The position numbers and the translations under genes are program-made. A DNA stretch of 64,000 nt from Longimicrobiales bacterium (GTDB taxonomy: Bacteria > Gemmatimonadota > Gemmatimonadetes > Longimicrobiales > Gaopeijiaceae). The notes beneath the pieces are model-generated. The model was not told the DNA's origin. It saw only the letters and a program-made list of their open reading frames with translations, and did not search any database. Positions 21,371-31,896 of the stretch are shown one piece after another. Positions within the stretch are counted from its first letter, which is position 1. Each line of letters starts with the position of its first letter. The stretch covers positions 2,304,001-2,368,000 of the forward strand of contig OZ250165.1 in the NCBI GenBank assembly GCA_965238005.1, given 5' to 3'.

Positions 21371-23815
21371 ATGGCCACGCTGATCCGGGTCGATCAGACA
21401 TACGAGATCCCAGACCAACTTCCCGTGGTGGCCCTCCGGGATCTGGTCTTCTTCCCGTACATGGTCCTGCCTATCCTCATCGGCCGTCCGCATTCGCTGG
21501 CCGCCCTCGAGGCTGCCGAAGAGGGCGACGGCTACATTTTGCTATTGGCCCAGAAGGATGTTCAGGTGGAGGACCCGAGGCGGAACGACATCCGTCGCGT
21601 CGGCACCGTCGCCCGGATCCTCCAGGTGTCGAGGATTCCCGACGGGAATGCGCGCGTGGTCCTAGAGGGTCTCGGTCGGGGTCGGGTTCGCCGCTTTCTG
21701 CCATCCGACTCGGGCTTCAGGGCGTCCGTCGAGCCCTTCGTCCCCGAGGAGGCGGCCACCTCTCCGGAGTCCAACGAGGATGAAGCCCTTGCTCGGGGCG
21801 TAGTACGGCTCTTCAACGAGTACGTGCGGCTCAGCGACCGGATGCCGGACGAGCTTTTGGCGTCGATTTCGCTGGACGGGGACCGGCTGCGCCTGGCGCA
21901 TCTGATCTCAGGACACCTCCTCGTCCTCCCCAACGAGAAGCAGGAGCTCCTGGAGGCGCCCGCCGTCCCGGCCTACTTCGGGCTCCTCAGGGAGATCCTG
22001 GTCCGCGAGCTGGAGATCCTCCGCATCGAGGAGAAGCTGGATGCCCAGATCCGCATGCAGATGGATTCGGATCGCCGGCAGCTGTACCTGCAGGAGCAGC
22101 TGAAGGCCATCCACCAGGAGCTGGGCTCCGATCCCAGCGAGGAGTGGTCCGACCTCGCCGCCAAGTTTGTGTCGATGACGCTACCCCAGCACGCGCGCGA
22201 GCGCGCCGAGCGGGAGCTTGGCCGACTGGAGAAGCTGAATCCGGTGACTCCCGAAGCGGCCGTGATCCGGACGTATCTCGACTGGATCCTAGGGCTTCCG
22301 TGGACGGAGCGACGGGAAGACAATCTTGACGTCGAGCACGCGGCAGAGGTTCTGGATGAGGCCCACTACGGCCTCGATGAGGTCAAGGAGCGCATCCTCG
22401 ATCACATCGCCGTGCTCTCCTTGGTCAGTGAGCTGAAGGGGCCCATCCTGTGCCTGGTGGGCCCTCCCGGCGTCGGCAAGACCTCGCTGGGGCTCAGCGT
22501 CGCCGATGCCTTGGGGCGGGAGTTCGTGAGGGTGAGCCTGGGTGGTGTCCGCGACGAGGCCGAGATTCGGGGACACCGGCGTACCTACGTGGGGGCCCTG
22601 CCCGGAAGGGTGCTCCAGGGGATGCGACGCAGTGGAACGGTCAATCCGGTCTTTCTCCTGGACGAGGTGGACAAGCTCGCCCGCGACTTCCACGGCGATC
22701 CCGGAGCCGCCCTTCTGGAGGTCCTGGACCCGGAGCAGAACAAGTCGTTCACGGATCACTACCTCGAGTTGGAATACGACCTCTCCGACGTGTTCTTCGT
22801 GACGACGGCCAACACCCTGGCCGGAATCCCGGACCCGCTCCGCGACCGCATGGAGATCATCCGCCTGCCAGGCTATCTGGACACGGAGAAGCTGGCCATC
22901 AGTCTCCGCTTCCTCTGGCCCCAGCAGGCCCGACGTCACGGCCTGGACCCCGGAGAAGTGGCCCTCACCGAGGCGGCCGCCAAAGGGATCATTCGCCAGT
23001 ACACTCGCGAGGCGGGCGTGCGGGAGCTGGATCGTCTCATCTCCCGTATCGCCCGGAAGGTCGCCCGCAAGCAGGCGGAGCGGGACAAGGCTGCACAGGG
23101 GTCCCTGGCGGGCCCCCTGGCCGTGGGCACCGATGATCTGAAGGGGCTCCTGGGACCGCCCCGGTATCTGGGTCGCAGCAAGGAGGAGGAGGAGGAGGAG
23201 GAGGGCCAGCGCTGCGGCATGGCCAACGGCCTGGCCTGGACCGAAGCCGGGGGTGAGGTGCTGGACGTGGAGGTGGCCGTCGTCCCCGGAACCGGCCAGG
23301 TCCAGCTCACCGGAACCCTGGGCGACGTCATGAAGGAGTCCGCCTTCGCTGCCGTCACCTACGCCCGCTCGAGGGCGAGCCGGCTCGGGCTCGACCCCCA
23401 GTTCCACAAGGACGTGGACATCCACATCCACATTCCCGAAGGGGCGACGCCGAAAGACGGGCCGTCGGCAGGCATCACCATCGCTACCGCGCTGATCTCC
23501 GCCCTCACGGGCACTCCCTCTCGTGGCGACATCGCCATGACCGGAGAGATCACGCTGCGAGGACGGATCCTCGCCGTGGGAGGCATCAAGGAGAAGGTCG
23601 TTGCCGCCCTGCGTGAGGGCCTGCACAAGGTCATCCTGCCGACCGCCAACGTAGCCGAGCTCGAGCTCCTCGCGGAGGAGATCGTGCAAGGCCTCGAGTT
23701 CGTCGCCGTGAGCACGATGGACGAGGTCCTCACGGAGGCCCTGTCCGCGCTGCCCCAGACGCGCAGGAGCGTTCTGGAGGGCGGCGCGAACCTGGGCACC
23801 CAGCTTTCCCAGTAG
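21371..23815 (+). CDS. lon: Lon protease
   Basis: GPPGVGKTS, RGHRRTYVGALPG, PKDGPSAG. Confidence 0.97.
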   Translation: MATLIRVDQTYEIPDQLPVVALRDLVFFPYMVLPILIGRPHSLAALEAAEEGDGYILLLAQKDVQVEDPRRNDIRRVGTVARILQVSRIPDGNARVVLEGLGRGRVRRFLPSDSGFRASVEPFVPEEAATSPESNEDEALARGVVRLFNEYVRLSDRMPDELLASISLDGDRLRLAHLISGHLLVLPNEKQELLEAPAVPAYFGLLREILVRELEILRIEEKLDAQIRMQMDSDRRQLYLQEQLKAIHQELGSDPSEEWSDLAAKFVSMTLPQHARERAERELGRLEKLNPVTPEAAVIRTYLDWILGLPWTERREDNLDVEHAAEVLDEAHYGLDEVKERILDHIAVLSLVSELKGPILCLVGPPGVGKTSLGLSVADALGREFVRVSLGGVRDEAEIRGHRRTYVGALPGRVLQGMRRSGTVNPVFLLDEVDKLARDFHGDPGAALLEVLDPEQNKSFTDHYLELEYDLSDVFFVTTANTLAGIPDPLRDRMEIIRLPGYLDTEKLAISLRFLWPQQARRHGLDPGEVALTEAAAKGIIRQYTREAGVRELDRLISRIARKVARKQAERDKAAQGSLAGPLAVGTDDLKGLLGPPRYLGRSKEEEEEEEGQRCGMANGLAWTEAGGEVLDVEVAVVPGTGQVQLTGTLGDVMKESAFAAVTYARSRASRLGLDPQFHKDVDIHIHIPEGATPKDGPSAGITIATALISALTGTPSRGDIAMTGEITLRGRILAVGGIKEKVVAALREGLHKVILPTANVAELELLAEEIVQGLEFVAVSTMDEVLTEALSALPQTRRSVLEGGANLGTQLSQ

Positions 23816-23816
23816 C

Positions 23817-24422
23817 ATGAAGGTCAGGACGGTGGAGTTCGCCGGGAGCGTGTACGTGCCCGGTGAGCCCGCCCCCGGGGATCTCCCACAGGTCGCCTTC
23901 TCGGGGCGGTCGAACGTCGGGAAGTCGTCACTGATCAACGTCCTCCTGCGGCGAACGCGAAAGAAGCTGGCCCGGGTCTCGGCCGCACCGGGGAAGACCC
24001 AATCCCTGAACTTCTACCGGGTCAACGATCACTTCTTCCTCGTCGATCTCCCGGGATTCGGATACGCGAAGGTCTCGGCGAAAGCCCGGGATTCGTGGAA
24101 GGCCCTGATCGAGCAATACCTCGAAGGGGAACGGATGCTCCGAGGCATCGTACACCTAGTAGACGCGCGTCACGACCCCACAGTCACGGATGGGCAGATG
24201 GTCGCTTTTCTAGCCGCACAGCAGCTGCCGACGTTGGTGGTTCTGACCAAGATGGACAAGCTGAAGAAGACACAGCGCGAGCGTGCCGTCGCGACGGCCA
24301 GGGATCATCTGGGCCTGGATGAAGAGCAGCTGCTCGCGTTCTCTTCCAAGACGGGTGAGGGACGCGAGGAGCTCCTTGCGGCCCTGGAGAGCCTGGTGGG
24401 CCCGGAGGAGTTGGACGCATGA
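23817..24422 (+). CDS. engB: Ribosome biogenesis GTPase YihA/YsxC
   Basis: GRSNVGKSSLIN, DLPGFGYA, TKMDK; follows lon. Confidence 0.95.
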   Translation: MKVRTVEFAGSVYVPGEPAPGDLPQVAFSGRSNVGKSSLINVLLRRTRKKLARVSAAPGKTQSLNFYRVNDHFFLVDLPGFGYAKVSAKARDSWKALIEQYLEGERMLRGIVHLVDARHDPTVTDGQMVAFLAAQQLPTLVVLTKMDKLKKTQRERAVATARDHLGLDEEQLLAFSSKTGEGREELLAALESLVGPEELDA

Positions 24423-25048
24423 GGACCCGACTCCCCACTTACGCTCTGATGCTGACCCTGGCGGCTGTCACAGCCTGTGGTGGAGTGGGCACTGCGGCGA
24501 GCCCTGGGCAGCCTGCCGGCCCCGCGAGCGAGCGGGTCCTGGTGCCCGCGGGCTACGGGACGATGATTCAGGACGAGTTCACCCTCACGCTCGAGAGCGG
24601 GGCGTTGCGCGTGAAGGTGACTCCCCTGGCGGAGTCCGTGATCCGTCTTGCCGCTCCCGACACCTACGAGAGACTGGCGGGGCTAGCCCGGTCGAGCCGC
24701 CCGGCCCTCCCGTCCCAGGCCGGCGCCGAACCCTCCCTCTTCCTCGTCTCGTTCTTCACCCGCGACCCGACGGTGCGCTACGAGCCGGAGAGCCTGCACA
24801 TTGTGAACGGCGGGCTCCGCTACCGGCCCGAGACCATCCGCGCCATCACTCCCGGATGGGGCGAGCAGCGCCTCCGGCAAGAAGAAATCCAGATGGCGGT
24901 CTATGCCTTCGACCCGGCCATCAATCTGGAGATCACGTTGACGGTGGAGTACGAGGGTGCCAGGGACAGTTCCTGGGAGGGCATCTTGACCCGGCTCGAG
25001 CTGGAGCGGGCGCGCGTCCGCGGCCGCACCGGAGGTCCCCTCTTCTAG
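24419..25048 (+). CDS. Hypothetical lipoprotein
   Basis: Signal peptide with lipobox-like VTAC; ATGA overlap with engB. Confidence 0.7.
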   Translation: MRTRLPTYALMLTLAAVTACGGVGTAASPGQPAGPASERVLVPAGYGTMIQDEFTLTLESGALRVKVTPLAESVIRLAAPDTYERLAGLARSSRPALPSQAGAEPSLFLVSFFTRDPTVRYEPESLHIVNGGLRYRPETIRAITPGWGEQRLRQEEIQMAVYAFDPAINLEITLTVEYEGARDSSWEGILTRLELERARVRGRTGGPLF

Positions 25049-25072
25049 GACACACTGCTATAAGAAGGACTC

Positions 25073-26713
25073 CTAGTCCTCGTCGAGCCCGAATTTCTTG
25101 ATCTTGCGGTATAGCGTGCGCTCGCCGATGGCGAGTAGCTGTGCCGCCTTACGCCGGTTTCCTCGCACCTCGTCCAGTGCCGCGGTGATGGCTTCGCGCT
25201 CCAGGTCCTCCATGGTCATCCCCGAGCGGTAGACGACCGCACCGGCCTGCTCCACTTCCACGGGCAAGACCCCGTACGACACCTCGGTGGGCCGGGACGG
25301 CTCTACGTCCTCCTCCACTACCCACGTGTCGCCAACGGCCGCCTCCCGGGGCCTCACCCCGATCTCCACCTTCTCGGTGCCCACCGGGTAAGCATCGATA
25401 GCCGACGGAATGGCTGCACTTCTGTCCCGATAGACGTCGAACTCCTGCCTCAGGTCGTCCACGTCCATACGAAGATCCACGAGGGTCCGGAAAATGAACT
25501 CCAGCTCGGGTCGGAGCCCCGGACCGGTGACGGCCTCGCCGGGCTGGCCGCTTTCCGACCTGACCGGGACCAGCGCGCCCACGCCCTTCTCCAGGCCCTG
25601 AACTTCCTTCGGGATGTCTTGGGGCAGCACCTCACGACCCGGAGCCAGAACCACCATGCTCTCGACGAGGTTGTGTAGCTCCCGAATGTTGCCGGGCCAA
25701 TGGTGCTCCTGGAGGATCTTCATGGCCTCCGGCGAGATCCCCTCGAACGTCCGGTCGTGGCGGGCGCTCGCGTCTTCGATGAAAGCCTCCACCAGTAGGG
25801 GGATATCCTCCCGGCGGTGGCGGAGCGGCGGGAGCTCGATGTGGAGCACGTTCAACCGGTAGAAGAGGTCCTTCCTGAACTGGCCCACGGCCACCAACTG
25901 CTTCAGATCCTGGTTCGTGGCGGCGACGATGCGGACGTCGACTCGGATCACGGCTTCCCCACCGACACGATGGAACTCCCGCTGTTCGAGCACGCGAAGG
26001 AGCTTGGTCTGGGTGGCCCGGGACATCTCGCCGATCTCGTCCAGGAAGATCGTGCCCCGGTCTGCGAGCTCGAAAAGACCCCGCCTGGAGTCGATGGCGC
26101 CGGTGAACGCGCCCTTCTCGTGCCCGAAGAGCTCGCTCTCCAACAGCGTCTCGGACAGGGCAGCCACGTTCACGGCGATGAAGGGCCGGTGCCTTCTGGG
26201 GGAGAGGTGATGAATGCCTCGGGCGACGAGCTCCTTCCCCGTACCCGACTCGCCCGTGACGAGGACGGTGGAGGTCACGGGAGCGAACTGGACCACTCGC
26301 TCCAACGCCTCCTTGATGGCGTCCGTCTCGCCCACGATGCCCGCCATGGCCTGCAGACGGCGGCGCTCGATCAGCGAGCGGGCAACGAACACCACCTCGT
26401 CGGGACGGGTGCCCGGGGTGAAGACCTCGGAGTACTCGACCGAAAGGCGGGGCACCGCCTCAGAATCGTCTGCGATGGCGAAGGCGGGTGCTTGGGAGGC
26501 GACACGGGCCTGGTTACGCAGGTCATGGGCCGACGGCGAGTCCGCCTGGGCAGTGATCACCAAGAGCTGGATGGGCATGTCGCCGCTCACGTCTTCACCG
26601 GCGGTGACGAGCTCCACCGTATATCCGGCGCCCCGGAGGGCCGTCCGAAGTGCCCCGGCCCGTTCCAGGTCGTGGGTGGAGACGAGTACCCTGCCTTCGG
26701 TATCGACGCTCAT
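25073..26713 (-). CDS. Sigma54-dependent Fis-family enhancer-binding protein
   Basis: [32 protein letters not shown]-terminal HTH. Confidence 0.95.
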   Translation of the reverse strand: MSVDTEGRVLVSTHDLERAGALRTALRGAGYTVELVTAGEDVSGDMPIQLLVITAQADSPSAHDLRNQARVASQAPAFAIADDSEAVPRLSVEYSEVFTPGTRPDEVVFVARSLIERRRLQAMAGIVGETDAIKEALERVVQFAPVTSTVLVTGESGTGKELVARGIHHLSPRRHRPFIAVNVAALSETLLESELFGHEKGAFTGAIDSRRGLFELADRGTIFLDEIGEMSRATQTKLLRVLEQREFHRVGGEAVIRVDVRIVAATNQDLKQLVAVGQFRKDLFYRLNVLHIELPPLRHRREDIPLLVEAFIEDASARHDRTFEGISPEAMKILQEHHWPGNIRELHNLVESMVVLAPGREVLPQDIPKEVQGLEKGVGALVPVRSESGQPGEAVTGPGLRPELEFIFRTLVDLRMDVDDLRQEFDVYRDRSAAIPSAIDAYPVGTEKVEIGVRPREAAVGDTWVVEEDVEPSRPTEVSYGVLPVEVEQAGAVVYRSGMTMEDLEREAITAALDEVRGNRRKAAQLLAIGERTLYRKIKKFGLDED

Positions 26714-27210
26714 GCTTGGCTCGCCGATCGAGGATGTTGCGCCGTCTCGCCCCGGAGGAGGTCCAACACGTGCGGCAGGAGCTCCTCCAGGACTTCGAGC
26801 CCGTCCCGGACACCCCCCGGACTCCCAGGGAGGTTGGCTACGAAGGTCGTGCCCCGCGAGCCCGCGAGCCCCCGGGAAAGCACCGCGCTAGGAGTTTCGG
26901 GGAGACCCTTACGCCGCATGGCCTCCGCCAGGCCCGGCGCCTCTTTGTCGAGGACGCTCCGGGTCGCCTCCGGAGTCACGTCCCGGGGCGAGAATCCGGT
27001 GCCGCCGGTTGTCAGCACCACATCCACCTCTCCCGAGTCCGCCCATCCCACCAGCCGGGGGACGATCTCTTGGGTCTCGTCGGGGACGACGACCCGCTCC
27101 GCCAGCTCGTAGCCGAGGCGGGCGCACCACTCGGCGATGACGTCGCCGCTCCGGTCTTCCCGCTCGCCCCGGAAGCAGCCGTCGCTCACCGTCAGGATCG
27201 CCACCCGCAT
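26710..27210 (-). CDS. MogA/MoaB molybdenum cofactor biosynthesis protein
   Basis: [28 protein letters not shown]. Confidence 0.93.
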   Translation of the reverse strand: MRVAILTVSDGCFRGEREDRSGDVIAEWCARLGYELAERVVVPDETQEIVPRLVGWADSGEVDVVLTTGGTGFSPRDVTPEATRSVLDKEAPGLAEAMRRKGLPETPSAVLSRGLAGSRGTTFVANLPGSPGGVRDGLEVLEELLPHVLDLLRGETAQHPRSASQA

Positions 27211-27229
27211 GCCGATTCTCCCGCTCAGC

Positions 27230-28339
27230 TCAGCTACGGACCGAGCCCTCCGTATAGAAAGGGGGACGCTGCACGACACCGGGGATCACTTTGTCTCTCA
27301 CCCGGACTCCGAGAGGCGTGTCCGGCGCGGACAGCTCGCCGGTGACGTAGCCCATGGCGATGCCGTAACCCAATGTGGGGCCCACGGTGCCACTGGTGAC
27401 CGTTCCCACGTCGTTCTCCTCGTGCACGATGGGATATCCCGGGCGCGGAAAGCCCCGTTCCGTGAGCCGGATCCCCACTAGATGGCGGGGCACGCCGTCC
27501 TTCTTCTGCCGAACCAGCACGTCGCGGCCCACGAAATCTTCTTTGTCGAGCTTCACGAGCCAGCCCAGGCAAGCCTCCAGTGGCGTGTGCTCCGTATCGA
27601 GGTCGTTACCGTACAGGGCGAATCCCACCTCGAGGCGGAGGGAGTCGCGAGCGCCGAGTCCGGCCGGTTGCGGCCCCGCACCTTGCCCGTCTTCCAGGAG
27701 CCTTCGCCACAGTACAGCGGCATCGTCGGATGCGACGTAGAGCTCGAAGCCGTCTTCACCCGTGTAGCCGGTGCGGCTGATGATGACCGGGAAGCCCGCC
27801 ACCGAGCCCTCGGTGAACCGGTAGTACCCGACTTCATCCAGGTCCGCGTCCGTCAGGGGGGCGAGGACCTCCTGGGCCCGAGGGCCCTGGAGCGCGAGAA
27901 GGGCGGTTTCCTCGGATCGGTCCTCGAGCTCCACCTCCAGGTCGGCCGCGTGGTGGGTGAGCCAATCCCAGTCCTCGTCTCGGCGCGACGCGTTCACCAC
28001 CAGCATGTACCGATCTGCCATGCGGTAGACGAGGAAGTCGTCGAGAATGCCGCCACTCTCGAGACACAGGGCCGCGTACTGGCACTGGCCCACCGCCAGG
28101 CGTGACGCGTCGTTGACGCTGACTTTTTGGATCAGATCCAGGGCCTGGGGACCCCACACCACGAACTCCCCCATATGCGAGGCGTCGAAGAGCCCGGCCG
28201 TCGTGCGCACGGCCTCGTGCTCGGCCGTAATGCCGGCCGGATACTGGACGGGCATCTCGTACCCGGCGAAGGGGACCATTTTGCCGCCCAGCGCGATGTG
28301 CTCGGCGTGGAGGGGAGTCCGCTTCAAGATGTCGTCCAT
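27230..28339 (-). CDS. gcvT: Glycine cleavage system aminomethyltransferase T
   Basis: [44 protein letters not shown]. Confidence 0.97.
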   Translation of the reverse strand: MDDILKRTPLHAEHIALGGKMVPFAGYEMPVQYPAGITAEHEAVRTTAGLFDASHMGEFVVWGPQALDLIQKVSVNDASRLAVGQCQYAALCLESGGILDDFLVYRMADRYMLVVNASRRDEDWDWLTHHAADLEVELEDRSEETALLALQGPRAQEVLAPLTDADLDEVGYYRFTEGSVAGFPVIISRTGYTGEDGFELYVASDDAAVLWRRLLEDGQGAGPQPAGLGARDSLRLEVGFALYGNDLDTEHTPLEACLGWLVKLDKEDFVGRDVLVRQKKDGVPRHLVGIRLTERGFPRPGYPIVHEENDVGTVTSGTVGPTLGYGIAMGYVTGELSAPDTPLGVRVRDKVIPGVVQRPPFYTEGSVRS

Positions 28340-28541
28340 GTTCTCTCGGTATCGAAGTTCGAGGATCGATCGTCGGGGGGCCCGGAGGGCCCCCCGGAGT
28401 GCCTCATGAGTCGGAAAACCAAGGTATCACAGGGGATGTCCCGGGGGTAGGGCGTTCGGCCATTCTGGCAGGGTGAGCGCAAAAAAGCCGTGAAAAACGT
28501 GGGCAATCCGGTGGTGGCGGAACCGAAGTCGAGCGGTACTC

Positions 28542-30065
28542 CTAGAGGATGTACCGCCTCAGGTCCGCGTCGTCGACGATGGCACTCAGGTTCTCCGTCA
28601 CGAATTGGCGGTCCACAACCAGCTCCCGGTCGCCTCCCTCTTCGGGAAGGTCGAAGAGGACCGTCTCCAGAAGCGTCGTAAGAACGGTCTGCAGCCGCCG
28701 GGCCCCGATGTTCTCCATCTGATCGTTCAGCACGGCGGCGATCCTGGCTATCTCCTCCACACCGTCCGTCGTGAACTCCAACGTAGCGCCTTCGGTCTCG
28801 ACCAGCGCCCGGTACTGGTGAACGAGGGCGTTCTTTGGCTCTTGGAGGATGCGGACGAACTCGGCCTCGCCGAGGCTCTTGAGCTCGACACGGATGGGAA
28901 AGCGGCCCTGGAGCTCCGGAATGAGATCGCTGGGCTTCGCGACGTGAAAGGCGCCGGCCGCGATAAAGAGGACATGATCGGTGCGCACCAGCCCGTACTT
29001 CGTATGGACGGTGGAGCCCTCGACGATGGGGAGGATGTCCCGCTGCACGCCTTCCCTGCTCACGTCGGGCCCGGCACCGCCGCGCTCTCCCGCGATCTTG
29101 TCGATCTCGTCGAGGAAGACGATCCCCATGTCCTCGGCCCGGATCAGCGCCTCATTGATGACCTCGTCCATGTCGATCAGGCGATCGAGCTCGTCCTGGA
29201 CGAGAATCCTACGTGCCTCGGCGACGGAGACCGTCCGATTCTTCTTCCGCTTGGGCAGCATGTCCTGGAGGATCTCGGTGAAGCCGTGGTCCATCCCCTC
29301 CATGCCACCGCCCATGGGGACGACCATCCCTTCCAGCGAGGGCGTCTGCGACACCTCGATCTCCACCTCACGCTCCTCGAGCTTTCCGTCCTGGAGCAGC
29401 CCGCGGAGCTTGTCCCTGGTGCGCTCACGCCGTGACTCCCCGGAAACCTGCTCGTCGGCGCTGTCCCGGGCCTCGACACCCTCGGGGCCCACGACGAAGA
29501 CGTGAGGCCGTCCTTCCTCTCCGTCGCCCGTTGGCGTGCTCTCCACCCGAGGCTTCGCCACCCGCGGAGGCGGGAGGAGGAGGTCCAGGAGCTTCTCCTC
29601 GGCACGAGCGTCCGCCATCTCCTGCACCTCGTCCTCACGCTCCGCCCGGACCATGTTCACCGCCACGTCCACAAGGTCCCGGATCATGGACTCCACGTCC
29701 CTTCCCACGTAGCCGACTTCGGTGTACTTCGATGCCTCGACCTTCACGAAGGGTGCTCCGGCCAGACGGGCCAGGCGCCGGGCGATCTCGGTCTTCCCGA
29801 CGCCCGTCGGGCCGATGAGGATCAGGTTGTTGGGAACGATCTCCTCTCTGAGCTCGTCCTCCACGCGCTGGCGACGCCACCGATTCCGTAGCGCGATGGC
29901 CACTGCCTTCTTGGCGTCGTCCTGCCCTATGATGTACTTGTCGAGCTCACCCGCGATCTGACGTGGCGTCAGCTCGTCCAGCCAGGCGTCTTCCGGCACC
30001 TCGGGCGCGACGTCGTGAGTCTCGTCCACAGCCACCGGGAGGTTCGCTTCGGTCGTGTTTTCCAC
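28542..30065 (-). CDS. hslU: ATP-dependent protease ATPase subunit HslU
   Basis: [39 protein letters not shown] start inferred because the upstream ORF part lies in a MITE. Confidence 0.95.
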   Translation of the reverse strand: MENTTEANLPVAVDETHDVAPEVPEDAWLDELTPRQIAGELDKYIIGQDDAKKAVAIALRNRWRRQRVEDELREEIVPNNLILIGPTGVGKTEIARRLARLAGAPFVKVEASKYTEVGYVGRDVESMIRDLVDVAVNMVRAEREDEVQEMADARAEEKLLDLLLPPPRVAKPRVESTPTGDGEEGRPHVFVVGPEGVEARDSADEQVSGESRRERTRDKLRGLLQDGKLEEREVEIEVSQTPSLEGMVVPMGGGMEGMDHGFTEILQDMLPKRKKNRTVSVAEARRILVQDELDRLIDMDEVINEALIRAEDMGIVFLDEIDKIAGERGGAGPDVSREGVQRDILPIVEGSTVHTKYGLVRTDHVLFIAAGAFHVAKPSDLIPELQGRFPIRVELKSLGEAEFVRILQEPKNALVHQYRALVETEGATLEFTTDGVEEIARIAAVLNDQMENIGARRLQTVLTTLLETVLFDLPEEGGDRELVVDRQFVTENLSAIVDDADLRRYIL

Positions 30066-30081
30066 TTTGGAGGCCTCAGAA

Positions 30082-30261
30082 GGCTGTTGAAGAAGTTCGC
30101 GAGCCGCCAAGAGGGTCGGGGCGCCGTGGGATCAAGGCGGGACGACGCGGCGTAGCGCAAGCGGGCACCGCGCGAAGCGTGGTCGCAAGGAGTCCCAACG
30201 CCGAGCCCGCGGATGCACCGTGCCCTCGACTGGCCGAGACACTTTGGTAACGGGACACTAG
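30082..30261. mobile_element. MITE-like element with mismatched ends (type-C left, type-A right)
   Basis: Core nearly identical to the reverse complement of 6912..7097; left end GGCTGTTGAAGAAGT, right end ACTTTGGTAACGGGACACTAG. Confidence 0.8.
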
Positions 30262-31862
30262 GAGTCTGCGCCGCAGAAGCACAGCTGACTGAGCCGAATG
30301 GTCATCGAGCCGTCCGCGGCGAGGCGGATCCGGGTGATTGGGAGGTTGAGGACTTGTGTCTGCGACGGATCGGGAGAGCGGAATGGATGCGTTGGGGGGG
30401 CAAGAGAGCTACGAGAGCCCTCGCGCCGGCAGATGCGGGTGAACCCTCGTGCAGTCATGCCGCCTGAAGGGTGTGCAGCCGCTTCACATTGAGTGCCAGG
30501 CACACGAGGGTCCACTCGGCCCGGACCTTCTCGAGGCCCCGGAAGCTGAATCGTCGAAAGCCCATCACTTCCTTGATCCAGCCGATGGGCGCCTCGGCCT
30601 GCGACTTTCGCCGTGCGTAGCGTCTGCGGCCATCTTCGCTCGCCAGCTTCTCCGCCATGCGGACTTTCGCCGGATATTCCTCCTTGTCAACCGTGGGGGC
30701 GGCCTTGCCCTCCCGGGCCAGCGCCACATACCCGTCGATGTCTCGCTCTTCCAGTTCCTCGAGATCCCGCTCGTTGCAATAGCCCGTGTCCGCCAGCACC
30801 TGCGCCGGCGTCTCGCCGTACGCTTGCGCCACCGCGTCGACCATGGGCACCAGCTGGCCCTGGTCGCTCGCGTTGTCCGTCACCTCGGCCCCGACCACCA
30901 GCTGGTTCTCCCCCTCCACGACCGTCTGTGCGTTGTAGCACTGCTGGAACCCCTCCGAACTCGTCTTCATGATCCGGCTCTCAGGGTCCGTGAAGTTGCT
31001 CTGCGCCGCCTCGTCCGGCTCTCCGTACTCCCGCTTGTAGGGCCTGCCGCCCTTCGGGTTGCGCGTCTGCCCCGGCTTGCGGCCCCGTGCGTCGTCCGCC
31101 GCTCTCTGCTCGGCTTCCAGGCGCGCCTTCGCCTCCCGGATCGCCGCCAGCCGGTCCTCGCGCCGCTTGAGCTCCTCCGGCACCTCGTCTCCGCATGCTT
31201 CCTCGCCGTAGCGCTCGTCTTCCGCTTCGTCCACCGCCTCGGCCCTCTCCAACAGCCCCCGGATCTCCGCCTCCAGCCGAGGCTCCCCGGTCACCATCCG
31301 GCCGTAGCTCATCGCCTTGCGCTTGTTCGCGTTCGCCCGAACCTTCGTCCCGTCCACCGACACCCTGCCAAGCCCCGCCAGCCCCAAGGCCCGCGCGAGC
31401 ATCACCACCTCCACAAACACCGCCCGGAAATCCCCGAGATGGCGCTTGCGGAACTCGCACAGCGTCCGGTGCTTCGGGAAGTTCTCCGCCGCCAGCATCC
31501 GAAACGCGACATCCTCCTCCAGCTTCCTCGCCATCTTCCGCGACGAGAAGGTGCCCGTCGCATACGCGTAGATCAGCACCTTGACCATCATCCGAGGGTC
31601 GTACGGCGAGTTGCGCCGCCCGTCCCCCCGGTACCGCCCGTAGAACGCGCTCAGCTCCACCGCGTCCACCAGGTCGCTCACATGGTGCGCCAAATGACCC
31701 TCCGACACCCACTCCCGAAGATCCGGAGGCAGCAACAACATCTGCTCCGGATCGTACGGTCGAAATGTCGTTCCCATTCACCCCCCTCGGTGATCCGCAA
31801 GCCTTCCCAATGCCTTCGCTACCACCAAAGATAGCCGCCGCAGGGTTCTGCGGCGCAGACTC
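30262..31862 (-). mobile_element. IS1182-family insertion sequence, copy 1
   Basis: 17-bp TIR GAGTCTGCGCCGCAGAA, flanked by CTAG on both sides. Confidence 0.9.
30455..31777 (-). CDS. IS1182-family transposase
   Basis: YDPRMMVKVLIYAY..SSRK, VDGTKVRANA, TDPESRIMK, ADTGY, GFRRFSFRG. Confidence 0.93.
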   Translation of the reverse strand: MGTTFRPYDPEQMLLLPPDLREWVSEGHLAHHVSDLVDAVELSAFYGRYRGDGRRNSPYDPRMMVKVLIYAYATGTFSSRKMARKLEEDVAFRMLAAENFPKHRTLCEFRKRHLGDFRAVFVEVVMLARALGLAGLGRVSVDGTKVRANANKRKAMSYGRMVTGEPRLEAEIRGLLERAEAVDEAEDERYGEEACGDEVPEELKRREDRLAAIREAKARLEAEQRAADDARGRKPGQTRNPKGGRPYKREYGEPDEAAQSNFTDPESRIMKTSSEGFQQCYNAQTVVEGENQLVVGAEVTDNASDQGQLVPMVDAVAQAYGETPAQVLADTGYCNERDLEELEERDIDGYVALAREGKAAPTVDKEEYPAKVRMAEKLASEDGRRRYARRKSQAEAPIGWIKEVMGFRRFSFRGLEKVRAEWTLVCLALNVKRLHTLQAA

Positions 31863-31896
31863 CTAGCTGACGCTCGATGGCGTAGCGGCCCTCTAG

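Noticed and set aside
23182..23203. GAG run in lon (poly-Glu)
   Set aside because: In-frame low-complexity linker with no sign of phase variation.
25045..25076. CTAG-bounded spacer with GACTCCTAG, like the IS1182 end
   Set aside because: Only 9 bp of similarity, and both CTAGs are explained by stop codons.
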